A stretch of 64,000 bases of DNA from Candidatus Hydrogenedentota bacterium (lineage in GTDB: Bacteria > Hydrogenedentota > Hydrogenedentia > Hydrogenedentales > JAEUWI01): assembly GCA_034669905.1 (NCBI GenBank), contig JAXMOL010000001.1, positions 128,001 to 192,000 on the forward strand, written 5' to 3'. Of the stretch, positions 45,024 to 54,932 are shown one piece after another. The notes beneath the pieces were generated by a model. That model saw only the letters and a list, made by a program, of their open reading frames with translations, was not told the DNA's origin and searched no databases. Position numbers and translations under genes: made by a program. The stretch's first letter is position 1. Every line of letters begins with the position of its first letter.

Positions 45024-47162
45024 ATGATTTCACTAAATCCAGAGCAACAGGCGGCCGTGACGGCACCCGATGGCCCCAATCTCGTGCTGGCCGGTGCCGG
45101 CAGCGGGAAAACCCGCGTCATCATTGAGCGTATGGCCTGGCTCGTGGAAGAGCAGGGCATCGACGCCCGCTTCATCCTGGCGCTCACCTTTACCAACAAG
45201 GCAGCCGCCGAAATGAAGGAGCGGCTCCAGCAGCGCCTCGACGTCGATCGGGTGGCTTCCTGGCTGGGCACCTTCCACAGTTTCGGGCTCTTCCTGCTCC
45301 GTCGCGAGATGGAAGTGCTCGGACGAAAGCGCCATTTCACGATTTTTGATAGTGCCGACCAGCTGAGCCTGATGAAACGGCTCGTAAAGGACCTCCCCGC
45401 TAATCTGGAGAAAGTATCCCCTCGGGATGCCCTCAACTGGATTAGTCGGCTCAAGCAGGATGTGGAAGGCCCCGATATGGCTTCGGAGCCGGAAGATGCT
45501 GCGGAGGAAAGCTATCGCCACCTCTGGACGGCCTACCACACCGCGTTGGAAGGGGCCTCGGCCGTCGATTTCGACGATTTGCTGGTGTTGACCGTGAAGG
45601 TACTCCGCGATCACCCGGAGGTGCGGGAAAAATACCAGCGCCGCTACCGCCATGTGCTCATCGATGAGTATCAGGACACCAACCGCGCGCAGTACCTAAT
45701 CGCCCGCTTCCTCTGCGAGGGACATGGCAATATTTTCGCCGTGGGTGATGAAGATCAGAGCATCTACTCCTGGCGCGGTGCCGATATCAACAATATCCTC
45801 GACTTTTCGGAAGACTTTCCGGAAGCTACTGTGGTGCGCCTGGAGCAAAATTACCGCAGCACGCGGGCCATCCTCGACGTGGCGAACAATGTGGTGAAGC
45901 ACAATGTGAATCGCCTCGGGAAGAAGTTGCGCACGGACAATGACACGGGAAGTCGGGTCGGGTTCTACCGCGCGGAAACGGGCGAGGATGAGGCCCGGTT
46001 CGTCTTGCAACATATCATCAAGAACGATTATCCCCCTGCGGACGTGGCCATTCTCTACCGGACCAATAACCAGGCAAAGCTGATGGAAGATGCCCTGCTG
46101 AGCAAGGGCCTCCACTACACCATCGTCGGCGGCATCAAATTCTACAGCCGCAAAGAAATTAAAGATGTCCTTGCCTATCTGCGGGTACTCGCCAACCCCG
46201 ACGATGACGAAGCGCTGCGCCGTATTATCAACGTGCCGGCCCGCGGCATCGGGGCGACCACCCAGCAACGGCTGGAGGAGTATGCCAAGGCCCGCAATTG
46301 CACGGTGCTGCAGGTCATGCGCGACATAGAGCTCGATGAAACACTGCCCGGGCGCGCCCGCAAGTCTTCGGCGGAACTGGTCCAGCTGATTGACGATTTG
46401 GCCATCGAAGCGAAGGGAGGCGACCTGGCCCCCCTGGTCGAAAAGCTGCTCGAAGAAACGGGCTACCGCGATTTTGTGCAGCAGAGCGACGAGAAAGACT
46501 ACCGCACCCGCCTGGATACGCTGGATGAGTTTGTGGTTTCCTGCAGCACCCACGACGCCAAAGGGGGCAAAGGGCTCCTGCCCTTTCTCCAGGATTTGTC
46601 GCTCCTGTCGGATGTGGATGGCTGGGATGAACAGGCCCCCGCCGTGACGTTGATGACCTGCCACAGTGCCAAAGGGCTGGAATTCGACTATGTCTACCTC
46701 ATCGGGCTGGAAGAGGGACTCCTTCCTTTCGGGGTGGATTTTGACGAAGAAGCGGATCTGGAAGAAGAACGGCGACTTTGCTATGTGGCCATGACCCGTG
46801 CGCGCAAGGGCCTGGTGCTGACGGCGGCCGAGTCGCGCATGATCTATGGCCGCACCCATAACAACCGGCAACTCTCCCGTTTCATTGGGGAGGCCGGCAC
46901 CGATCGGCTGGAGCCGCTGAATGAAAAGAAACGGTCCGCCCCCCGGAAAACGCCCCCCGCCCGCAGCACGGAACCGGCACCGGAAGGGGCCTACAAGGTA
47001 GGCACCCGGGTCCGACATGCAAAGTTCGGCCCCGGTACGGTAATGTACACGGCGGGATCGGGTGCCAAACTGAAAGTACGGGTTCGTTTCAGCACGGGAC
47101 GAACCGCCATGTTGCTGGCCAACATGGCCCCCCTGGAAATTGTGGAAGGAAAAGGCCGCTGA
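45024..47162 (+). CDS. pcrA: UvrD/PcrA ATP-dependent DNA helicase
   Basis: AGAGSGKT, TFTNKAA, DEYQDTN, VGDEDQSIYSWRGA, LEQNYRST, HSAKGLEF, EERRLCYVAMTRA; C-terminal Tudor-like VRHAKFG. Confidence 0.95.
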   Translation: MISLNPEQQAAVTAPDGPNLVLAGAGSGKTRVIIERMAWLVEEQGIDARFILALTFTNKAAAEMKERLQQRLDVDRVASWLGTFHSFGLFLLRREMEVLGRKRHFTIFDSADQLSLMKRLVKDLPANLEKVSPRDALNWISRLKQDVEGPDMASEPEDAAEESYRHLWTAYHTALEGASAVDFDDLLVLTVKVLRDHPEVREKYQRRYRHVLIDEYQDTNRAQYLIARFLCEGHGNIFAVGDEDQSIYSWRGADINNILDFSEDFPEATVVRLEQNYRSTRAILDVANNVVKHNVNRLGKKLRTDNDTGSRVGFYRAETGEDEARFVLQHIIKNDYPPADVAILYRTNNQAKLMEDALLSKGLHYTIVGGIKFYSRKEIKDVLAYLRVLANPDDDEALRRIINVPARGIGATTQQRLEEYAKARNCTVLQVMRDIELDETLPGRARKSSAELVQLIDDLAIEAKGGDLAPLVEKLLEETGYRDFVQQSDEKDYRTRLDTLDEFVVSCSTHDAKGGKGLLPFLQDLSLLSDVDGWDEQAPAVTLMTCHSAKGLEFDYVYLIGLEEGLLPFGVDFDEEADLEEERRLCYVAMTRARKGLVLTAAESRMIYGRTHNNRQLSRFIGEAGTDRLEPLNEKKRSAPRKTPPARSTEPAPEGAYKVGTRVRHAKFGPGTVMYTAGSGAKLKVRVRFSTGRTAMLLANMAPLEIVEGKGR

Positions 47163-48229
47163 TGTTAGAAGAGTGTCGCAACGAAATTGACCGCATCGAC
47201 GGAGAAATTGTACGTCTGCTGAATGAGCGGGCGGGATTCGCTCAGAAAATCGGCGATATTAAGAAAGAGGCCAATGCGCCCATCTATGTGCCGGAGCGCG
47301 AAAAGGCGGTGAAGGACAAGCTGGCGGCCCTCAACGGGGGCCCCCTGCCCGATACGGCGATGCAAGCCATCTACCGCGAGATCATCAGCGCCATGATCGC
47401 CCTGGAGCGCCCCATTAGTGTGGCCTTCCTGGGGCCTCGGGACACCTTCAGCCACATGGCGGCCACCAATGTCTTCGGCGGTTCGGCCGAATACCATCCC
47501 CTGCCCTCTTTTTCCGACATATTCACCGAAGTGGAGCGCGGGCGCATCGACTATGGCATTGTGCCCGTGGAAAGCTCCATGGGCGGCTCGGTGAGTGATA
47601 CGCAAGACCGTTTTATCACGTCGGATCTCAAAATCATCAACGAGATCATGCTCCACATCACGCAGAACCTCCTCTCCAACACGCCGTTGGGTGAGGTGAA
47701 ACGGGTCTACTCGAAAGACAATGCGCTGCTCCAGTGCCGCAACTGGCTGCGCGCCAACGTGCCCATGGCAGAGCTCATTGAGACGTCCAGCACGGCGGAA
47801 GCCGCTCGGCGCGCGTCCAATGAAGCGGGTGCGGCCGCGATAGCGAGCAAAATGGCCGCCGAAACCTACAATCTGGGACTTGTCGCCGAGCGCATTGAAG
47901 ATGCCCCCCACAATTTCACCCGATTCCTGGTCTTAGGCCGACAAATCGTAAAACCCACGGGCGACGACAAAACGTCGCTGATGGTATCTATCAAGGACAA
48001 GCCCGGGGCCCTTTTCAACTTGTTGACCCCCTTTTCCGATGCCGATATCTCGTTGACCCGCATTGAGTCACGCCCTTCTCAGAAAAAAGCCTGGGAATAT
48101 GTCTTTTTCATCGATTTGCTGGGCCATATCGACGACGAAAAGGTGCGGGCCGTCATCACCCATCTGGAAGAACAGGTGCACAGCCTGAAGGTCCTGGGCT
48201 CTTTCCCCCGGGCCACGACCATCTGCTGA
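47162..48229 (+). CDS. pheA: Bifunctional chorismate mutase / prephenate dehydratase (P-protein)
   Basis: CM domain R.EID.ID..IV.LL.ER; FLGP..TFSH, VPVESS.GG, NFTRF, LTRIESRP, WEYVFFID. Confidence 0.95.
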   Translation: MLEECRNEIDRIDGEIVRLLNERAGFAQKIGDIKKEANAPIYVPEREKAVKDKLAALNGGPLPDTAMQAIYREIISAMIALERPISVAFLGPRDTFSHMAATNVFGGSAEYHPLPSFSDIFTEVERGRIDYGIVPVESSMGGSVSDTQDRFITSDLKIINEIMLHITQNLLSNTPLGEVKRVYSKDNALLQCRNWLRANVPMAELIETSSTAEAARRASNEAGAAAIASKMAAETYNLGLVAERIEDAPHNFTRFLVLGRQIVKPTGDDKTSLMVSIKDKPGALFNLLTPFSDADISLTRIESRPSQKKAWEYVFFIDLLGHIDDEKVRAVITHLEEQVHSLKVLGSFPRATTIC

Positions 48230-48430
48230 GACCACACCCATGCGATAGATGCCAGAGGCCCCCGTCAGAGCAAGGGGGCCTTGGCCGACTTTCCCTGCCC
48301 CCCACGCAGGCGTCCGGGCCGCTCCCCATACGCGTGTCTGCGGCCCCCGGTCTGCCGAACGTCTCCTGAGGCCCCCGCCACGCTGCTGTGACCGGGGCGG
48401 GTGCTCTCTCTCTCTCCCCCCTCCAGACAC

Positions 48431-48473
48431 AAAAAAACCGCCTGAGGCAGTCACAGGGACTGCACAGGCGGCT
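48431..48473 (-). terminator. Rho-independent terminator of the 48-aa peptide gene
   Basis: Minus strand CCGCCTG-TGCAGTC-cctgt-GACTGC-CTCAGGCGG followed by T7. Confidence 0.8.
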
Positions 48474-48490
48474 TTGTAATCGTATTGATC

Positions 48491-48637
48491 TTAGGCTTCG
48501 ATGGCGGGGAAGCCGATGCCCGTAAGGATCGGATTCAGGATGCCAAGGATGAGGCCCGTGATGAAAGCCGTAAGGCTAACCAGGAAACCGTCAGCAACTG
48601 CGCCAGCAATACCGTTCAGAATACCGTTTTCGTACAT
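48491..48637 (-). CDS. Small hydrophobic 48-aa protein (below the ORF-track cutoff)
   Basis: MYENGILNGIAGAVADGFLVSLTAFITGLILGILNPILTGIGFPAIEA*; strong AAAGGAG RBS; own terminator. Confidence 0.75.
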   Translation of the reverse strand: MYENGILNGIAGAVADGFLVSLTAFITGLILGILNPILTGIGFPAIEA

Positions 48638-48822
48638 GTCGTTTCTCCTTTAGTAACTTGATTGTTCCGTACTTCTAGTGTCAACGCCTCCAGAGCGCTT
48701 TCACCATACCTTACCAACGTAGGGTGCAAACGTTACATCCGCTCCGTTAATAATGTTACTGCAAAGCAACGGTCGCATGATGTGGTGTACAGATACGCCA
48801 CAATCACTAGACCTTGCGGAGT

Positions 48823-48852
48823 AGCTTACACGAAAGTTGTCTAAAAAGTCAA
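48823..48852 (-). promoter_or_regulatory. Candidate sigma70 promoter for the 48-aa peptide gene
   Basis: Minus strand TTGACT-18 bp-TAAGCT in an AT-rich region. Confidence 0.4.
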
Positions 48853-49136
48853 TAGTAATTGGAACTTTTTTTCAGATTACGTCATAGTGCCGCCCGCGCA
48901 GGGCGGCACAACTTGGCTTCCTGCCTATGGTTAACGAAACGACGCGGCGATTCTGCCCCAGTGCCCCCGGCTGAAAGCGGGCAGGCGCTCCCATTCAGGA
49001 GAACGGGGTGCCGCCCGGCCAGGGAACCGCCGTTGTATGGCGTTGTGCCCTCCGTTATAATCGCAGGGAGCGCTTGGCAACGAGTTTTTCGGGTCCGGCG
49101 AGACGAGAGAGCACAGAGTAACCAGATGGGGTCGAG

Positions 49137-50648
49137 GTGAGCATGGGTGAGTTTATTCTTGAAATGAAGGGCATTACGAAGCGTTTTCCCGGCGTCCTCG
49201 CGCTGAACGACGCCCATTTATCGCTCCGTCCGGCGGAAGTGCACTGTTTGCTCGGAGAAAACGGAGCGGGCAAGTCGACCCTGATGAAGATTCTGGCAGG
49301 TGCCCAGCCGCTGGATGAGGGCGAAATCCTCATTGACGGCGAGCCCGTCACCATCCAATCGCCCAACCACGCCCAGGAATTGGGCATCAGCATGATCTAT
49401 CAGGAATTTAACCTGAGCCCCTACATGAGTGTGGCGGAGAATATCTTCCTGGGACGGGAGCCGGTAAAGGGCAAGTCACCCATTATCGACTGGGCCCGCC
49501 TCTATGCAGACGCAGAGGGCATCTTAAAGCGCATTGGCGTTACCCTGGATGTACGGCGTCCGGTTCATGAACTGAGCATTGCCCAGCAGCAGATGGTCGA
49601 AATTGCCAAGGCCCTTTCCATTGACGCCCGGATCATCGTGATGGACGAGCCTTCGGCCACCCTGACGGATCACGAGCTGGAAGCCCTGTTTACCCTGATT
49701 CGCACCCTGAAACACCAGGGTATTGCCCTGGTCTATATTTCCCACCGCATGGAGGAAATCTTTGAGATCGGGGGCCGGGCGACCATCATGCGGGATGGAG
49801 CCCACATCGTCACCAAGGACCTGTGCGACCTGAGCCGGGAGGAAATTATCCAGAAGATGGTCGGCCGGGAATTGAAGGATGAGTTCCCGAAGGAGGTCTT
49901 TCCTGTGGGCACGGAGCGGCTGCGGGTTGAAGGCCTGACCCGTACCGGCCATTTCGAGGATGTGAGCTTTTCACTGCATGAAGGCGAGATCGTTGGATTG
50001 ACCGGATTGGTCGGCGCGGGGCGCACGGAAGTGGCGCGGGCGATTTTCGGGGCCGATCCGGTGGACCGGGGCACGGTGTACCTCAACGGTGAGGCCGTGC
50101 ATATTGCCAGTCCCCGCGATGCGATTGCCCGGGGCATCGGACTCCTTACGGAAGACCGGAAGGGCCAGGGGCTGGTGCTGGGTATGTCGGTGGCAGAAAA
50201 CACCACCCTGGCCAACCTGAAGGCCCTGGTGGGCCGTTTCTTCATGGACCGGAAGCAGGAACGGGACGTAACGAAACAATATATTCAGGAGCTGGCCATC
50301 AAGACCCCCAGCGGTGCCCAGATGGTGCAGAATCTTTCGGGGGGCAACCAACAGAAGGTGGTGTTGGCCAAATGGCTGTATACGAAATCGCGCTTGCTGA
50401 TCTTCGATGAGCCCACGCGGGGCATTGACGTTGGCGCCAAGGTGGAAATCTACAAACTGATGAACGAGCTGGTACGGCAGGGCGTGGCCATCCTGGTGAT
50501 TTCCAGCGAGTTACCGGAGATTCTGGGCATGTGCGACCGTATCCTGGTCATGCACGAGGGACAATTGGCGGGCGAGCTACACCGTGATGGCGCGACGCAG
50601 GAAGACATTATGCGCCTCGCCACGGGGGCCGCGGCCCTATCCGCCTGA
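49137..50648 (+). CDS. Monosaccharide ABC transporter ATPase (RbsA/MglA-like, two NBDs)
   Basis: GENGAGKSTL, QQMVEIAKAL, MDEPSA, YISHR, GAGRTE, LSGGNQQKVVLAKWL, DEPTRGIDVGAK. Confidence 0.95.
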   Translation: MSMGEFILEMKGITKRFPGVLALNDAHLSLRPAEVHCLLGENGAGKSTLMKILAGAQPLDEGEILIDGEPVTIQSPNHAQELGISMIYQEFNLSPYMSVAENIFLGREPVKGKSPIIDWARLYADAEGILKRIGVTLDVRRPVHELSIAQQQMVEIAKALSIDARIIVMDEPSATLTDHELEALFTLIRTLKHQGIALVYISHRMEEIFEIGGRATIMRDGAHIVTKDLCDLSREEIIQKMVGRELKDEFPKEVFPVGTERLRVEGLTRTGHFEDVSFSLHEGEIVGLTGLVGAGRTEVARAIFGADPVDRGTVYLNGEAVHIASPRDAIARGIGLLTEDRKGQGLVLGMSVAENTTLANLKALVGRFFMDRKQERDVTKQYIQELAIKTPSGAQMVQNLSGGNQQKVVLAKWLYTKSRLLIFDEPTRGIDVGAKVEIYKLMNELVRQGVAILVISSELPEILGMCDRILVMHEGQLAGELHRDGATQEDIMRLATGAAALSA

Positions 50649-50672
50649 GCAGGTCACTCCCCCCCATTCACC

Positions 50673-50708
50673 AAAAACGCCCCGACTCGAATGCTTCGAG
50701 TCGGGGCG
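50673..50708 (-). terminator. Rho-independent terminator (minus strand, possibly bidirectional)
   Basis: 14-bp perfect stem CGCCCCGACTCGAA-tgc-TTCGAGTCGGGGCG with A5 on its left. Confidence 0.8.
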
Positions 50709-50741
50709 ATGTCATTTCAAATCAGGGGGTAAGGCGGTACC

Positions 50742-52397
50742 TTACTCCCGGTCACGGCCACCTGCGCGGGCGGCGGGGGCGGCAGGGGCGGCTGCCCCAC
50801 CGGGACGACCGGCATTCTTCATGGCCTGTTCGTAGGCCGTCTTGGCGCTGCGAGCCTTCGCGATCTTGGCCTCGGCCAGGGCGATAGCGTCGAGCTTGCC
50901 CTGCTTGGCGCTGGCCGTATGGTCATCGGGAATGACGGTCACGATAACCGGTACACGCTCGTACTCCCGAATGGCTTCTTCGTACTTGTTGGTTTCTTCC
51001 AGCCGTTCGCCTTGCTCGATGGCGGCGCTGGCCTGCTCTTGCACGTCTCCAATGGTGGAAGAAATGCTCTGCGTAACGTTGCGTTTCATTTCTTCCGCCA
51101 GGTCGAACTGGTCGGTAAACTCATCGTCGACGCCCTGCAGCAGGTTCAAGACCTGTTGATAGCCTTTGATTGCCAGGCCGAAATTACCGCCGGTGCCATT
51201 GTTTTCCGCTTCTTCGCGGGCACTTTCGGCCTTGGCGATAATATTGACGATCATGCTACGATGTTCGTCCCGTTCCTTCTTACGCTTGTTGGTTTCCTGA
51301 ATCAGGTCCACAGCCACCTGGCTGGTGCGATCGAAACGAAGGGCCTGCTGGAAGGATGCCAGGGCATTGGGCAACTCCGTCTCTCCCTTACCCTTTATCT
51401 CGGCTTCGGCCAGGAAGTCCCGGCCTTCTTTGAGATAGTGTGCCGCCAGTTTACCGGCCACACGTTCCCGACCGGGTCCGCCGAGTTCATACGCGTTGCG
51501 CCACTCTTTGACGCTCCGCTCAATACTCTGACGGGTTCCGAAGGCGTAGTAGTGGTCGGCCACGGCCTCGAAGACTTCGGGGTCGGAGGGAGCCAGTTCA
51601 GAAAGGTTTTCGTAGACAATGCCTGCCTGATGAAAGTTTTCTTTTTCAGAAAGCAGGTAGGCAATTTCTTCCACGTAGTATTGCTCCATCAGGGAGCCCG
51701 TCACGGCGCTGCCCAAATCGCTGGGCTGGGGACGAATAATGGTGTACCACGCATCGGCCGTCGTCTCCACCGCCTTGGTAAAGTAGGTGGCGACACTTTC
51801 CTTCAGGAATCCGTCGTAGCCCCGACCACGGCGATAGTCATCGGCGATGAGCATCTCGTTATCACCATAAAAGGCCAACTGGGTGCGAAAATGCTGGTCC
51901 ACGTTGGTGATAGCCGTCCGGGTTGTGTTGGAGCTGATGTATTCGAAAAGTTTCAGATGATCGTTGATATCCGCCTCCACCTTCTTCTGCATGGCTTCTT
52001 CCTCAGGCGTCCAGGCGAGCCCGTAGGGAAGGAAGATATCCGAGATAAGCGCCGAAAGGGCACCCATGCGGAATGCGAAATAGGAACCTGCACCGCTCGG
52101 GCGGATGTCGCGCAGCAACTGAATCTGAATTCCCACCGCCTGAATTGCTTCTTCGTCCGAGTGAATCGGAAGGGTCTCGGCAATAATCGCCGCACCCGCT
52201 TCCGCACCCCGAAGCACATCCGCCTCATATTTCGCGTCACCAGGGCGAAAGGTGTCCGGATACTTGTGTTGAATTACCTGCATCGCCATTCCCGTAATGG
52301 TCCGCTGCGCCCGAGGTCCCCATGCAGTCGCATGGGTCGAGGCCAGCACCATAGTGAGAACGACACCGAATCGAATGATAAACGTTGTGCCAGTCAT
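50742..52397 (-). CDS. Secreted protein with degenerate Zn-phospholipase C/S1-P1-like N-domain and TPR-like helical repeats
   Basis: ATG 52397 after AAGGA; signal peptide ending ATA|WG; 'FRMGALSALISDIFLPY'; TPR-like C-terminal half. Confidence 0.6.
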   Translation of the reverse strand: MTGTTFIIRFGVVLTMVLASTHATAWGPRAQRTITGMAMQVIQHKYPDTFRPGDAKYEADVLRGAEAGAAIIAETLPIHSDEEAIQAVGIQIQLLRDIRPSGAGSYFAFRMGALSALISDIFLPYGLAWTPEEEAMQKKVEADINDHLKLFEYISSNTTRTAITNVDQHFRTQLAFYGDNEMLIADDYRRGRGYDGFLKESVATYFTKAVETTADAWYTIIRPQPSDLGSAVTGSLMEQYYVEEIAYLLSEKENFHQAGIVYENLSELAPSDPEVFEAVADHYYAFGTRQSIERSVKEWRNAYELGGPGRERVAGKLAAHYLKEGRDFLAEAEIKGKGETELPNALASFQQALRFDRTSQVAVDLIQETNKRKKERDEHRSMIVNIIAKAESAREEAENNGTGGNFGLAIKGYQQVLNLLQGVDDEFTDQFDLAEEMKRNVTQSISSTIGDVQEQASAAIEQGERLEETNKYEEAIREYERVPVIVTVIPDDHTASAKQGKLDAIALAEAKIAKARSAKTAYEQAMKNAGRPGGAAAPAAPAARAGGRDRE

Positions 52398-52613
52398 GAC
52401 TTTCCTTATCCACCTTTCCCGGCCCCTGTTTGGACTCGGGTCCAACAACCTGCTGATGTAGCCGTACCCCGTAATGGAGTTATCCACGAAGCGGCCTTCG
52501 AAACTACGAAAACCTATCGGGCACCGATTGCCCACAATCGTGCTAAATCCAGTGATCACGGTAACATAAGGGGAAAGAAACTGTCAACGAATTCCCTTGA
52601 CGAGCTTTTCCCA

Positions 52614-54839
52614 TTATTCTTGCGACGTCCGCACACCTTCCTGCTCTGCAATTTGGACGATCCCGTGATGGGGGGCCCGTCCCAGAAAATGTTCTACATG
52701 TGAAAAGACATCCTCTCGCCCTTCCCCGTTCACAATACCATGCCGATCGCGTGCTAACACAATCAGTTCTTTCACCGTACTGCCCAATTTCTCGAAAATC
52801 AATTGACCACTGACGGGCGCTACGGTAGGGTCGTTGCCCGCCTGAATGATCAGCGTTGGCACGGTCACGTCCGGCAGAACACTCTCCGTCATGTTCATGG
52901 CGGCGACCAGTTCACGCACCCCCGTCAGGGGATTCTTCTTATAATTGATGTGGCTGTTTTCCGGCTCGTTGACCACGTAGTCCCAGGACTCCTTGCCCTG
53001 ACCCAGTGTTTTCAGCAGGGAGTTGAGCGTTACGATAGAGGGTACGAGCCGGATGGAATAATTGTTTACCTGGAGCGGTGCACAGATGCTGAACGCTGCC
53101 TGCACCTTGATGCCCTTTCGGGCTGCTGCGATGAGGGCGAGACATCCCCCGGTAGAGAAGCCGCCCACGATAATATTATCGGTCACACTCTTGATCACCG
53201 CATAACCGCGATTGTAAGCGTGGTACCAGTCCTCCCACTGGCAGTTCGCCAGGTCTTCGGGCGCGGTTCCGTGGCCCCGGAGCCGGACCCCATAGACGGC
53301 ATAGCCCCGCTGGAAGAAATATTCGGCCATGGCGCGCACTTCTTCGGGGGCCGCGAGGTAGCCGTGGGCCAACACGATGCCGGCCTTGGGGCGACGGGGA
53401 CACAAGAAGAAGGGCCGTCCGATCTCCGGGCCGTGACTTTCTTCAGGATCATAGTATTGGGCGTAATCTTCTTCGAAATAGCGTTGGTCTTCCTCCAGAA
53501 AGATCTCACGGATACGCTTGGAGAGTTGTGCCCGGGGCATCCTGGCCACTTTTTTAATCAGCTCGGTTGCTTCCGTCAACGGCTCCAGTTCGTTGGCAAT
53601 GACATTGGTCAATTCGCTGAACCGAGCCGTATGGAAATCCGCGCTTCCCTGTTCGATATCGGCGTTTTTTCGGTAGTTATTCCCTTCGCGAATAATGAGC
53701 CCCTCGTCCAGACACAGGGTAGCGAAGTCGTGAAACTTCTCGCTGGGGTCTTCGAAAACGATATCGCGGAAGGTCCGTTCCAACAAGCTGTGCAGGCGGT
53801 GCCTCCCCAGTTTTCGCAACTGGTAGGCGCAGAGAAAAATGCGGTTCCGGTAGGCCCGTTCCGTGGAGTAGACCCCCTGCTGATGGCGGATGAGGGTCGC
53901 AAAAATATGATCGTAGTTGATCGTGGTCAGTTGATAGATCTCACGCATATAGTGGAGCATCAACTCCCGGGCAGCCTTGTTGAACAGGGAACCGGAATCC
54001 ATCTCAAGGGATTCCATGTCGTTGAGGCCGCAGGCCATCACGGAGGCGAATTCGGGCGCATTCAGATAGTCGAGTACATCGATGGGTTCACCCAGTGTTA
54101 TATCAATATCCGTATCTTCGGAGAGTACGGTACCTTCCACCGACAGCTCTTCCAGCGCCCGTTTATTGAGATCTTTGGCGAAGCGCTTGGCCATGCGCAG
54201 GACGACATTGTCGCCGGCCCGCATGGGGAAGTAGGTAATATTCACCGGGATAATTACCGTGCGCTTATTCAACACATCGGCTTCGGGGGGCAGGTCAAAG
54301 AGGGCCAGGGCCTTGATCAGGCTTTCCTGGTTGTCCGGTCTATCGGCGAGACAGGCGAGCTTGTGGCGGTAGAATCCTGCGCGGAGTGCGAGGACCGCGG
54401 CGCCCGTGTGGGGCGGGCGGCGCACACCGCTGTTGTAGACACTGAATTCGCCTTCCGGATCAACGACCTTCTTGTCTTTGATCATGGCCCCTTCGGGAAA
54501 AATCATCCAGGGGTGCTCGCCCGTCAGAAGGGAGTGCACAATGATGCGGTCCCGGTCCGGGTCGGCCGTGGATACGGTGCCCGTGGACTGGAGGTACTTT
54601 CCGAGCCGTCCCTTGAAGAGGTCGGCCGCCGCGAGGCCCCAGATTTCCTTTCCCGTGTACTTGTGGATCACATAGGGGAGGAGCAGGGTTTCGAGGCGTG
54701 TGAAATGATTCACCACAAAGATGATGGCCATATCATCTTTGATGGTCTCGTAATTGTGTAATCGCACATCGGCGCGAATCAGTTGAGAGGCCAGATCCAA
54801 GGACCACTTGGTCATGGTCAAGGCAACTGTTGAGGCCAT
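52614..54839 (-). CDS. Fusion of glycerolipid acyltransferase (PlsB/PlsC-like) and alpha/beta-hydrolase (carboxylesterase)
   Basis: NHFTRLE, IFPEG, IIPVNITY; C-terminal HGYLAAP.E, GFSTG nucleophile elbow, DPTV, H. Confidence 0.85.
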   Translation of the reverse strand: MASTVALTMTKWSLDLASQLIRADVRLHNYETIKDDMAIIFVVNHFTRLETLLLPYVIHKYTGKEIWGLAAADLFKGRLGKYLQSTGTVSTADPDRDRIIVHSLLTGEHPWMIFPEGAMIKDKKVVDPEGEFSVYNSGVRRPPHTGAAVLALRAGFYRHKLACLADRPDNQESLIKALALFDLPPEADVLNKRTVIIPVNITYFPMRAGDNVVLRMAKRFAKDLNKRALEELSVEGTVLSEDTDIDITLGEPIDVLDYLNAPEFASVMACGLNDMESLEMDSGSLFNKAARELMLHYMREIYQLTTINYDHIFATLIRHQQGVYSTERAYRNRIFLCAYQLRKLGRHRLHSLLERTFRDIVFEDPSEKFHDFATLCLDEGLIIREGNNYRKNADIEQGSADFHTARFSELTNVIANELEPLTEATELIKKVARMPRAQLSKRIREIFLEEDQRYFEEDYAQYYDPEESHGPEIGRPFFLCPRRPKAGIVLAHGYLAAPEEVRAMAEYFFQRGYAVYGVRLRGHGTAPEDLANCQWEDWYHAYNRGYAVIKSVTDNIIVGGFSTGGCLALIAAARKGIKVQAAFSICAPLQVNNYSIRLVPSIVTLNSLLKTLGQGKESWDYVVNEPENSHINYKKNPLTGVRELVAAMNMTESVLPDVTVPTLIIQAGNDPTVAPVSGQLIFEKLGSTVKELIVLARDRHGIVNGEGREDVFSHVEHFLGRAPHHGIVQIAEQEGVRTSQE

Positions 54840-54932
54840 AGAGACGTTCTCCCAATTACACTGCGCGTCGGTCAATCGACTATATCATGCCCGTTGGGAG
54901 TACCGCTAGAACGAACCCGCCCCGGGCGGCGC

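Noticed and set aside
45024..47162. UvrD helicase as part of a defence system
   Set aside because: Canonical PcrA/UvrD architecture, translationally coupled to pheA, with no nuclease or defence genes nearby
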